Of a stretch of DNA of 64,000 nt, positions 10,995 to 22,827 are shown piece after piece. This DNA is from Takakia lepidozioides. Taxonomy: Eukaryota > Plantae > Bryophyta. The notes under the pieces were generated by a model. It saw nothing but the letters and a program-made list of their open reading frames with translations, had not been told where the DNA came from and made no database searches. Both the position numbers and the translations under genes were made by a program. The stretch lies in NCBI GenBank assembly GCA_030704615.1, contig CM060732.1, positions 76,942,001-77,006,000 of the forward strand, written 5' to 3'. Each line of letters begins with the position of its first letter. Position 1 is the stretch's first letter.

Positions 10995-12939
10995 ATGGCA
11001 GGCACCAAGCAGAAGGCACCAAGTTCTTATGCGCAAGTCAATTTCAAAATCAGCCCAGCGTTGCGGAAGATTGAGCAGGACACAGAGACACAAGAGACGT
11101 TGGACAGTCTTGGCCTGCGATACTTCATCACCACGCTGGATTGGAACCTGAAGCACGACGAGCTATGCAGAGAGTTCTTGGAGAATTACAACACCAGCAC
11201 TCGGAGCACAAATGTCCACGACACGCACATCCTGTGACAGAGAGGTACTTGGCGGAAGTATTTCACCTTCCCAATCTGGACGTGCCACCGCACACCGGCA
11301 AACCTCCAAGGTTTGTACTTGCAGATTTGTTTGAGAATCTCAACCAAGCAGATCAAGGCTACACATGCAGCCACAGCAAAAACCATGGCTTCGGGAAGAT
11401 GGCCCCAGTACTTAGCACATTGCTTTGCCTCAGGCAAAACCATAGCTACTGTACCAAGGAGCTAATCGACCAAGTGTTGATTTGCTTTAATGGGCAAATC
11501 GTGAATTGGGCAAGCTTCTTATTGAAGAAGTTAACTCAAGAACTAACCAGGTTGACAAAGAAGAAGAAGGAAGCAACTGTTACCATGGCGACTCCATTGT
11601 TACTCCAGATGATTCGACACACTATACACCTAACGGCCGAAGAGCAAGCAACGTTGGGAATCATGCAACGGGTAGACACAATGGAGGAAGAAGGAAGTGA
11701 GACGGCAGCATGTCAGGAAGAAGAAGAGGGCGGACTTGCAAAGAGAGCCCGGATCAACGAAGCAACCACAAGTGCAGCAGCAGAGGACATCATCAACTCG
11801 ACGGCTGATTCCCCAGTACAGAGAGAAGGGGAGAATCAACAGCCAGAAGGAGGGAACAAACCACAGACCAACGAAGCAACGCCCATGGAAATTAGCCATG
11901 GCAACACCAAGCACAGCAAGCAGCATATACAGAGGCCACACAATCAGAGGAGGAAGACATAGTGGCGCAGCAATAGCAGATGGTGCAAGAGGCACCGAGT
12001 CAGCAACAACAAGACAAAAATTCCAATTTGGAATTACTACTAGCACAACAAGTTTTAGATACAACAGCATGGGACACAGGGTTGGAGGAAGCACCACAAA
12101 ATGTCATTCTGCAGGCAATACAAGCATTGGGGCAACTGACAGTTTGTATGGACAGGGCCAAGGATTACATCAGCCCGGAAAACCTGAACATGATCTTAGA
12201 CCACATCAAAGAGAAACACCAGAGGGAATTGGCCACTGCAAGAACAATATGTAACCATGAGGTTACAATTGCAGCATTAGAAGATCAAAAGTCAACCTTA
12301 CTCCGCCAATACAACACATTGGCACAACACAGAGATGAGTGGGAGGAAAAGTGGGAAAGACAGAGAGACGAAACACGCCATGTCCAAGCCGACCTCGATG
12401 CAGAGCGAGAGAGATCTCGGAAAACAGAGACAGAGGTGGAAACACTCACAGGGCAGGTGCAAACATTAAAGCAGCAGGTGGAGACACTCAAGGGGCAGCT
12501 AAGGATTGCCAGAGATCAGGGAACCAAGTGGCTCAACAGCAACACTACACTGCTGAAGCAAAGGGAGAATGCTGAGAGCAGGCTGTTTACCGCCACCACA
12601 GAACGAGACATTGCCATGGGCAATGAACAAGAATGGAAGCAGCAGCTGAAGAAGCTGATATTGCAAGCAGGGTTGGATGCAGCAGACGCAGCCTTAGCCA
12701 GAGCCTGGTTGAATGAAAGGAGTGGATTGGAGATGAAGAAACTCAACAGGGCAATGGTGAGGTAGATAAAGTGTCAGTTGGCGAAATTGGTGACAGACAT
12801 TCATGAGGAGTTCCTACCACCAATTCCAGAACAAGAGGAACTCATGGACGAAGAGGATCAAGAGGAGCAAGATCACGAACGAGAGACACCAATACAATCA
12901 ACAACAACAACACCAACCATGAGTGCAGTAAGGGGTAGT
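10995..12939 (+). pseudogene. 3' extra ORF of family Y (plant retrotransposon accessory domain plus coiled coil)
   Basis: ORFs 10563-11237, 11141-11962, 11980-12765 and 12778 onward. The motif LCREFLENY...VTERYLAEVFHLP...QGYTC...VNWASFLL aligns by eye with the family-X extra ORF and is followed by a long heptad-rich region. Confidence 0.65.
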
Positions 12940-13936
12940 TGTCGAGCGGCTTTTACTCACCCATCCCTTCGCTATCTGAGGCGGGAACTCCAAGATAGAA
13001 GAGTTGGAAATCTCTAAGCACTCAGCCCGCTCAGAACAATCAGTCATGACCTACAGCTAGTGTATCATGGGGGTGTTTCCTATTTGTATTCCTTCCCGTA
13101 TTCATGTTAGCTAGTTACCTTACTGTTGGTATTTAAGTATCAGATTGCTTCAGCAATGTATCGGATTCCATCAACTCATCCATTCATTCCACAGCTTCCC
13201 TCAGATCTCTCTACACAGTGTGAGTATGAAGTATGTATCAGATTAATATCTATCAAGTATCAGGCTGAAGCCATGGAGTCTCTAATCTGCTCTACATACA
13301 ACTCTACTGCTTGCATTTCATCAAGCATCAACAGATCGTTCTCCTCCTACTCCGTGCTCTCCCTCTTTCTACTCCGATATGCGCTCTCCGCTTCATTTCC
13401 AAGAAGTGATGCCAGAAGTCCTCCCAAAAGTAGTCCCTCCCAGTGATCCCCCCAGATGTCCCCGCTTCTCGCTTTATCTATTTACAAGCCGTTCTAACCG
13501 CTTTCCTAACTAACCGTTATCTTTGTAGTACACGTTCCTTTTTCAGATGTCGTTCCCCCACAGTCGTTCCCTGCCAATGGTAACTGTTCCCCAGCTGTGC
13601 CGAGCTGTGACTGGCTGTGTCGGACTGTGTAGGGCTGTGCAAAGCTGTGGCGGCTGTGTCGGGCTGTGACTGGCTGTGTCGGGCTGTGTAGGGCTGTGCG
13701 AAGCTGTGGCGGCTGTGACGGGCTGTGTTGGACTGTGATGGACTGTGTTGGGTTGTGTCGGGCTGTGTCGAGCTGTAACTGGCTGTATCAGGCTGTGGCG
13801 GGCTGTGACAGGCTGTGTCGGCTGTGACTAGTCTATGTAAAAAAATAAGGGTACCCCTTGGAACCCATAAAAGTGTCTAAGTCCCAGACCCCACAGAACC
13901 CATAAAAGTGCCTAAGTCCCAGAGAGTCCTCTAACA
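12940..13936 (-). repeat. 3' LTR of minus-strand family-X Gypsy element
   Basis: Minus strand reads TGTTAGAGGAC...GCCGCTCGACA. It is preceded by a polypurine tract (13937-13953) and homologous to the other LTR copies in the window. Confidence 0.9.
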
Positions 13937-13974
13937 TTACCCCTTCCCCTCTCAAAAAGCCGTGTCCTCACGGT

Positions 13975-14579
13975 TTACTGTTTGGGATTTGGAAACTTTT
14001 GTGAGCGAGCACCCTTCTGACGGTTAGAGTCTCGTGAAGGACTCCTTGTGCGAGCTTGAGTCCTGTCACTGGTTGATGGAGATGATTGAACACTACCTGG
14101 AAATGTCAGTCCTTCCTTTAGCTGATATCGAGGTAATCTTTCAGGCATAGGAGACCCCCGTCGCTTCTTCTCTGCCATCTGAATTGCATAGTCCTCTGCC
14201 ATGTCAAAAGAGTTTGCTGAAGAATCAGTAGTATCAGAGTCCTCATCGCCTCTCAGGTGTTTTAACGGCCGAACTTTTTGTGGAATCCTCGGGGGCATAC
14301 AATGTGGTCCCACCATGTCTGGAAGTTTAAACTGTAAAACTTGTTGTAAGCGTTGAATTGCAAAATTGGTGAAGACCCTGAACTCCTTGTCTGTCCAGGT
14401 GAGTGGTGTACCAATGACTTGTGAATTGTGCAAGTATTTCCATGCCTCTTGGCCCTTAAAAATATCGTCAGGCCCAAATTTCTATGTTGACAAATTGTTC
14501 CAGACCGCATGAAACCATGAACGAAGTTGGGAGTCATTTTGCATCATCACCTTTGCATCATAGAGGTACATATGAGGTG
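13975..14579 (-). pseudogene. C-terminal part of family-X 3' extra ORF
   Basis: Matches the end of the intact 429-aa ORF at 62702-63991 (HNSQVIGTPLTW...NPKQ). Confidence 0.85.
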
Positions 14580-15492
14580 TGTTAGAGGACTGCTTGGGAC
14601 TTAGACGCTTTTACGGGATCTGTGGGGTACCCTTAATTTTTACACAGATTGAGACCAACAGGAGCATTAGGGGTGACAGCAACAGGCTTTAGGGGGGGAG
14701 ATACACAGCCCAACACAGTCCATCACAGCCTGTCACAGCCCGTCACTGTCCAACACAGCCAGTCACAGCCCGACACAACCGCCATAGCTTCGCACAGCCC
14801 GCCACAGCCTGATACAGCCAGTCACAGCTCGGCACAGCTGGGGAACAGTTACCATTGGCAGGGAACGACTTTGGGGGAACGACATCTAAAAAAGAAACGT
14901 GTACTACAGAGATAACGGTTAGTTAGGAAAGCGGTTAGAACGGCTTGTAAATAGATAAAGCGAGAAGCGGGGACATCTGGGGGGATCACTGGGAGGGACT
15001 ACTTTTGGGAGGACTTTTGGCATCACTTCTTGGAAATGAAGCGGAGAGCGCATATCGGAGTAGAAAGAGGGAGAGCACGGAGTAGGAGGAGAACGATCTG
15101 TTGATGCTTGATGAAATGCAAGCAGTAGAGTTGTATGTAGAGCAGATTAGAGACTCCATGGCTTCAGCCTGATACTTGATAGATATTAATCTGATACATA
15201 CTTCATACTCACACTGTGTAGAGAGATCTGAGGGAAGCTGTGGAATGAATGGATGAGTTGATGGAATCCGATACATTGTTGAAGCAATCTGATACTTAAA
15301 TACCAACAGTAAGGTAACTAGCTAACATGAATACGGGAAGGAATACAAATAGGAAACACCCCCATGATACACTAGATGTAGGTCATGACGGATTGTTCTG
15401 AGCGGGCTGAGTGCTTAGAGATTTCCAACTCTTCTATCTTGGAGTTCCCACCTCGGATAGCGAAGGGATGGGTGAGTAAAAGCCGCGCGACA
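14580..15492 (+). repeat. 5' LTR of plus-strand family-X element
   Basis: TGTTAG...GCGCGACA, followed by the PBS. Confidence 0.92.
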
Positions 15493-16080
15493 TTTGGCGA
15501 CCATACTGGGGAACTGGGTCATGAACAACCAGATGTGACAGGCATTTGGTGGGATCATGGTGGTTGGAGAATTAAAGAATTTGATGTGAATCAAATTCCT
15601 TGTGAAACTGAAAAGGAAAGATTGTCCAAACGATTCTTTCAGAGGTTCTTGGAATTGCCAGACGGTTGTAAAGAAAACATTCTTAAGAGAGTGCATGATG
15701 CTGACCCTGAGTGGGGTCTGGAGAAAGGAGTGATAAAGATTTATCAGGTGGCCTGTAGAGGAAGAGCACGTTGGTTACCAACACTGGATTATGTGATAGC
15801 ATTGCTATCCATTAAGCGAGTAGAGTTTGAAGGCTGGGAGGAAAGGAAGGTGAATGTTTATACTCATATGCATGAAGAGCTTGTACTGGTAAAGAATTGG
15901 ATTCCAAAGGATATTTTGTGGATCAAACTCACACCAAGAACAACTTTCCAGACTTGTTTGCCATATGGTTATATGGTAACGGAGACTTCTAGTATAGCCA
16001 AGGGTGCATTGAAGCTTGAGAGAAACCCAGGCATATACGTGAGATATTACAGAAGAGAGTTTTGGTTATTGCCACATTAA
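15385..16080 (+). CDS. Extra ORF upstream of gag (231 aa, unknown function), starting inside the LTR
   Basis: Open 231-codon frame. The same frame is kept in the minus copy (53941-53246) apart from one CGA>TGA change. Confidence 0.5.
   Translation: MTDCSERAECLEISNSSILEFPPRIAKGWVSKSRATFGDHTGELGHEQPDVTGIWWDHGGWRIKEFDVNQIPCETEKERLSKRFFQRFLELPDGCKENILKRVHDADPEWGLEKGVIKIYQVACRGRARWLPTLDYVIALLSIKRVEFEGWEERKVNVYTHMHEELVLVKNWIPKDILWIKLTPRTTFQTCLPYGYMVTETSSIAKGALKLERNPGIYVRYYRREFWLLPH
15495..15512 (+). other. Primer-binding site, tRNA-Arg-like
   Basis: TGGCGACCATACTGGGGA lies 2 nt after the LTR and resembles the complement of plant tRNA-Arg 3' ends. An identical copy is at 53814-53831 (-). The tRNA identity is from memory. 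Confidence 0.7.
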
Positions 16081-16101
16081 AAGAAATGAAAAACATGGGA
16101 C

Positions 16102-19100
16102 ATGAGTGATGAAAGAGAAGCTAGACTCCAGAGATATTCAGCAAAAAGAGAAAGCTATCTGAAAGCTAATTATCCATATCTTTGGGAGAGAGGAATAGAC
16201 ATAGGGGAATCATCTGGACCTCTCACACCATTAAGATCAGAGAGTACATCACCCATACCGGAAGAACTAGAGTTGGATGCCACTCCTTCTTTTTCTTTGC
16301 AAGAAAGATTAAGGGAGTTGGTACGGGAAGAAGATCAATCACGAGGTGAAAGATCTGAGGTACATCCCTGGATAAAAGATTTGACAGAAATCTTTGATAA
16401 GAGTTGGCATGGAACACCAAAAGCAGGAACTCCAGTTTCTGAAGCGGAAGGTGAAGAAGGAGGAGAGGATGTGGCAGAGCCAACGGAGAGTTCAGACTCT
16501 CCAACACCATTGCAGTTGAGTTACATGAGTGAAGAAGAAACCCGAGGGCAGAACTTGGAGGATGAAAATAGAGAGAAGAAATTGGAAGAGGAAGAGTATG
16601 AAGAAGTAGACCCAACAGCTGAGGTTGAGACTACAACCAGGACATCCCAACCCGTTGGACCTGGATCAAGTGGAGCACTTGGATCACAAGCCAACGAAGG
16701 TGTCGGCTCAGGGGGATCAGGCGGGCTGCCTGGATCTGGCTCTGGGGGGACAGGGAGTGTGGGAAGTAGTGCAACTGAAGCTGGGAATACTGTGAATATC
16801 GTGGGGCCAGTAGCAGGGAGTGCTCAGGGGCCACCACTGGGTGGAAGATCCACCACAACTATAACAGGTCCTCAAGGACCAGCACCAGCAAGGGTGCCAG
16901 CACCTGTCAGTGGGCAGAAGGTAGGGCCATAGATGGCGTTACAACCAACACGGGCAAAACCACCTTTTCCAATATATTCAGGAAAAGGGGATCCCGATGT
17001 ACACATTAGCCAATTTGAGCACATGTGTATAGTGAACAATGAGAATGGCGATGATGCCAAGATGAGATTGTTTCCTCGTTCACTTATCAAGAAAGCAAGT
17101 GAATGGTATGCAAGATTCCCTGATAATCATTTCCTAACCTGGAATGGCTTGAATACAACATTCCAAAATAGGTTCAAGACAAGTAAAACTGAGGATGAAG
17201 TGTATGGAAGTTTACAACAGTTAAAGCAAAAGAAGCATGAAACTGTTGAGGAGTATATGGAAAAGATGGAATTGATGATGAAAAAGCTGGCTGCTGTACC
17301 AGCACCAGGTTTACAGAAGACTTGGTTTGTGAGTGGACTAAGACCAGAGTTGCAAAAGAAAGTGGATATGCTACCCCATAATACAGTGGAGGAGGCATTT
17401 GAGACTGCAAACATAATTGAGCAATTGGGAATGCTCAGGAGAGAGAAAAGAGATGATGAGGACTCTGAGGATGAGTCAGATGAAGAAGAAGAGCAAGAAC
17501 TAAAAAGGAAAAGTAAGAAAAAAGAGAAGTTGAAGAGGGATAACTATGAGAAAAGATTAGAAGAAATCTTGAAGAAGTATGCCACAGAGGCTGCAACACA
17601 TTGGAGGAAGGGTGTATAGTGTGCAAAGTGCCAGAATGAAGGCCATACCACCACTGAATGTCACATGAAGGAGAAACAATGTACTATCTGTAAAATGGAT
17701 AACCATTCTACTGAGAATTGTTACTACAACAGAAGGACAGCTGCAAGAGAACCTAGGCAAGTAAGGGTGCATCAGGTGCAGCCCCAGCCAAGAAGAAACA
17801 ATGATCAAGACCACTATGGTAGGTCTGGTGGTTATAACAATGGCATGGGAAGGAGAGGGAATTCAAGAGGGAATTACCAAGGAAATTCCAGAGGCAACTA
17901 TCAGGGTAATCCAAGGGGGAATTACCAGCCCGGGAATCAGGATTACAGAAATAATCCAAGAGCAAACCAAGGGCGAGGACCCAATGGTGAAGAACTGTGT
18001 TACTATTGTAATCAGCCAGGACATCGCAAGGCAGCCTGTTCATTCTGGATTAGACACCAGAATGAGATGAGAGCTCCTGTGAATGAAGGCCCAGTGGTGG
18101 TAGCTCACATGGTTAGGCCATGTGTTGTACCAGAAGTAAGTACAATGATAGTAACAAGAAGCAAAGCCAAACTAATACCTCCAGTAGTTGAGGAAGATGA
18201 TGATAATGAAGGTGGCAGTGATATGCCTGAAGATGATGAGGCTTGGAGAGATGAGAAGGAATTGCACAAGGAAGTGGCAGATACCATAAGGGAATTGCAG
18301 AAGAGTACTGATATCCCTGTGCCAGATTCCTCTGATTCTGATGGAGAAGAAGAAGTGAGTGAGGATGAAAGGAAGAAAGAAGATGTAGACATGCAGAGTA
18401 ATGAAGGGACTTTGGCTGAAGTAATATGCCAGACCAAAGCAGAGATTACCATTGGACAGCAATTGGCTGTGGCACCTTATTGTAGACACAGGCTGTATCA
18501 AGCAATCAATCGAATTGCCCAGGAGACATGAAACACAGACCTGAACAGCAATGTGACCAGTTATATTGTGAAGCCGGAAGGGCGAGAAACAGTCATGGAC
18601 TTTGATGATTCTATGCCAGTAATCCAATTGAGAATTGGAAGCACAGAACTAATTGATGTACTGATAGATGGAGGCTCTAGAGTAAATATCATGACAGACC
18701 AATTAAGGAAGAAGCTTGGTCTAAGTAACATGAAACCAGCCCCATTTACAGTAACAATGGCAGATCAAAGAAGTGTACAACCATTGGGATTGATAAGAGG
18801 AATTAAGATACAGATACAGAAGATGATCTTTATGATCACAGTAATTGTGTTGAAGATGGATGAAGTCATGGAGGCTTACTCCTTATTATTGGGACGTCCG
18901 TGGCTGAAACAGGCCAGGGTATTCCATGACTGGAATTCTCAGTTACTAACTGTGCATAATGGGATGCACGAGATACAAATTACCACAAAGAAATCTAGTA
19001 GATTACCTGCTACGAGAAGACCTCGAGGGGTCAGAGAGTATGATTGGAGGGGAGGACTGGATGAGGAGCAGGAAGTTACCCTGTTCGCTGCACACCCAGA

Positions 19101-22100
19101 GTGGGAGCAGGTTGCAGAGATGCGGCTGGAAGGCCTAAGTTGTTTAAGAGATATCTGTTGTGGTGTAGTGTCAGCAACACCAATTGAAGAGGAAACCAGC
19201 AGTTACCCATCACATTTCTATGAAGAAAGAGAAGGAGAAATGGAAATCCTAGAAGAACCAGCCACTGTGAGTTTACAAGATGAAGTGGTGACTGGTTGGA
19301 CAATCACAGCTGATGAGCAGGTGAGGGAAGTGAATATGGGAACTGAAGAGGAACCGAGGATGGTGAAGGTACGAGCTGATTTGGAGCCAGAATTCTTTGA
19401 AGAAGCTAAGAGGTTGTTCATCAAATACAGAGATGTATTTGCTTGGAGCTACAAGGATCTAAAAGGGATACCACCTGAGATCTGTCAACATAAGATTGAA
19501 CTAGAACCAGGGTCGATACCAATCAAGACGGCGAGGTACAGAATGAATCCCAACTATGCACAGAAGGTTGGAGAAGAGATCAAGAAGTTGGCTGAGGCTA
19601 AGTTTATATACCCAATAGAGTATACAACTTGGTTGTCACCCATTGTGATAGTTCCCAAGAAGAATGGTAAACTAAGAGTTTGTGTGAACTATAAGAAGTT
19701 TAATGCTTGCACGAAGAAGGATCCATTCCCCTTGCCATTCACAGAAGCAGTATTGGACACTGTGGCAGGCCATGAGATGTACTCATTCATGGATGGCTTC
19801 AGTGGTTATAATCAAGTGCAAGTGGCAGAAGAAGACCAGGGAAAGACAACTTTCATCACAGACTGGGGTGCTTATGCATACAAAGTCATGCCCTTTGGAC
19901 TTCGTAATGCACCAGCAACCTTTCAGAGAGTGATAAGTGAATCTTTTCATGAGTATCTGGATGATTTCATGCAGGTATTCTTGGATGATTTCAGTGTGTA
20001 CAGCTCTAAGAATGAGCACTTGCATAAATTAGAGTTATGTCTGGCCAGATGCAGAATGAGAGGTCTGGGCCTGAATCCAGAGAAATGTACTTTCTGTGTG
20101 AACTCAGGGGTGCTTCTGGGACACATTGTGTGTAAGAGGGGACTTCTTGTGGATCCCAGGAAGACAGAGGCCATTAAAGCCTCTCCACCACCAGTAAATG
20201 CTAAGAGTCTAAGGAGATTCCTGGGACAAACCGGCTATTACAGAAGATTTGTGAGACGGTATGCACAGATAGTAGCACCATTGAGCAAACTTATGAAGAA
20301 AGATGCAGTGTTTGCATGGACACCTGAATGTCAACAGGCTTTTGAGGAACTTACATTGTCAGTAACAACTACACCTGTGCTGATTAATCCTCACTGGCAG
20401 GAAATATTTCATGTTCACTGTGATGCTTCAGGAGAAGCACTGGGAGCAGTGTTAGCCCAAAATGTTACAGGAATGATAGATTCACCTGTGTACTATGCTA
20501 GCCGATTGATGAACAATGCCGAAAGAAATTATAGCACAACGGAAAGAGAAGCATTGGCAATGATCTATGCAGTGAAGAAATTCAGGCATTACCTGTTGGG
20601 CAAGAAGTTTATATTCTATGTGGATCACCAGGCTCTGATATACCTAGTAAACAAACCTCTGATAAGCGGAAGAATAACAAGATGGTTGATAATCTTGCAC
20701 GAGTTTGAGTTCGAGGTTGTTTACAAGCCTGGGAGGCTGCATCTTGTGGCGGGTCACTTGTCACGGTTATCAACAGGAGAACCAGCCACGGGAGTAGATG
20801 ATCAATTACCAGATGCGAGTCTATTTGCAGTGCAGGTGCAGGGAAGTGCAGATGACTGGTTAGATTGGCAGTGGCCAATCAGATTCTACCTTGCTCATGG
20901 TCAGTGCCCACCAAGTTATGGAAAGGAGCAGAGAAAGAGAATTGCTATCAAGGCTCTATCTTACACTCTGGTAGGAAGCAGAATGTATAAGCTAGGACCA
21001 GATGGAGTGCTGAAGCAATGCTTATACCACCATGAAGTTAATAAAGTTTTGGAGAAAGTTCATAAAGGAGTGGTAGGAGGTCATTTTGGAGAAGAGACTA
21101 CCAGTAGGAAGATACTACATACCGGTTACCGGTGGCCTACTTTGTTCAAAGATGTACACAAGTATTGTCAGAGTTGTGATGAATGTTAGAGGCTAGGACC
21201 TTTGCAGAGATCTGGGAAGATGGCTTTGCATCCTACAATGCCTACGGAATCATTTTCAGAAATGGGGACTAGACTTTGTTGGACCAATTAACCCACCAGC
21301 CAAGAATACATAGAACAGGTACATAATTACAGCCACTGATTATACTACGAAGTGGGTGGAAGCTAAAGCTTTGAGGGACAACACAGCCAAGTCCACAACA
21401 AGGTTCTTGTATGAGAGTATACTTATACGATTTGGCTGTCCCTTGGAATTTATCAGTGATCAGGGAAGTCACTTCATTAATGAGACCATTGAATTATTGA
21501 CTAAAGAGTTCATGATTGTGCATAGGAAGAGTACAACGTATTACCCACAGGGTAATGGGCAGGCAGAGGCTACCAACAAAATACTATGTACTATCTTGGC
21601 TAATATAGTCAATGCAAATAGAACGGATTGGGATACAAAGCTGCTGACAGCTTTGTGGTCATACATGACTTCATATAAAGTCAAGTATACACCATTCCAA
21701 TTAGTTTATGGTATGGAAGCTTTACTTCCAGTGGAATTCCTGTTACCTACCATGAGAACGGAATGGGGAAAGAGAATGGAATTGCAAGATTCAATTAAGG
21801 TCAGGAAACATGAATTATACCATGTGGAAGAAATACGTGCTGATGCAGCTGATAACATGACCAGAATTCAGATGAAGAGAAAGGAACAGTTTGATGAAGG
21901 CAAGTTAAAGACTTTGAAGACGGGAGATTTGGTTCTCTGGTTGCAAAAGAAGGGAAAGATTAAAGCTTCTAAGCTTAAATCACCATGGAAATGACCTTAT
22001 GTCATACAGAAAATGTATGATAACAACACCGCCATGTTACAAACCATTAACAAAGAGATGCTGAGAAGAGTTAATGCCAATAAGTTGAAGGGGTACAGTG

Positions 22101-22240
22101 GTATCCATAACAAACCCTTGCAGCATGATTTGCATGTTGAAACGCAGAAGCAGTCACGGGCTGCGCAAGTGATACCAACGGAGTATGGAGCACTTGTCGC
22201 TAGGCCGAGCGTATATGACCAGGGCGGGCAGTACAAGTGT
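16102..22240 (+). pseudogene. gag-pol: gag-pol polyprotein (gag with 3 CCHC knuckles, protease, RT, RNase H, integrase)
   Basis: Gag YSGKGDPDVHISQF...LFPRSL; knuckles CAKC/CTIC/CYYC; protease VLIDGGS; RT FLDDF; RNase H DASG; integrase HHCC and DQGSHF. In-frame stops at 16930, 17617, 18529 and 21187, plus a later frameshift. Confidence 0.95.
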
Positions 22241-22242
22241 GG

Positions 22243-22530
22243 CATAGCCTATCACAGCCCCTCACGGCGCGACACAGCCTATTACAGCCCATCACGGCGC
22301 GACACAGCCTATCACAGCCCATCACGGCGCGACACAGTCTATCACAATCCATCACGGCGCAACACAACCTATCACAGCCCATCATGGCGCGACACAGCCT
22401 ATCACAGCCCATCACGGTGCGACACAGCCTATCACAACCTATTACAGCGTGTCACAGCCTATCACAGCTTACCACAGTGCAACACAACCTATCACAACGT
22501 ACCACAGTATGACACAGTCTGTTACAGCTC
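22243..22530 (+). repeat. 30-bp minisatellite (CACAGCC-based) after integrase
   Basis: About 9 units of ATCACAGCCCATCACGGCGCGACACAGCCT, translating as (YHSPSRRDTA)n. Counterpart at 31860-32090 (-). Confidence 0.9.
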
Positions 22531-22827
22531 AACACAGCTTACTGGGGTTACACAGTCCATAGAATCCGTGACAGGTGGACGTGGGTTAACATCCGGACAG
22601 TGCCCGGTGGAAAAGTGGACGGAGGCACGTTTAGAAATGGACACGTGGACGCCAGGGCGAGACACACAGCCGGACACGGATTGCAAAGGCGAGTGTCATC
22701 AAGGAAAAAGACAAAATTGGCCGTCAAAGTACCTACCCGACACATTATCTTATTATGGGCCCATTAATGCATACAGGGAAAGGGTAACAGAACCCTTTAA
22801 AAGTACCAAAAAGCGAATCCATGTCAC

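Larger units (their letters stand above)
7536..12939 (+). mobile_element. Truncated non-chromoviral Ty3/Gypsy element (family Y, related to X); no LTRs visible
   Basis: Starts mid-RT ([21 protein letters not shown]...FLDDF), then RNase H, integrase and a 3' extra ORF. It is interrupted at 12940 by a family-X LTR. Confidence 0.9.

Noticed and set aside
13126-13446. 106-aa ORF repeated three times (also 14986-15306 and 54020-54340)
   Set aside because: It is antisense within near-identical LTRs, has a non-ATG start, and is disrupted in the 26189-27151 copy.
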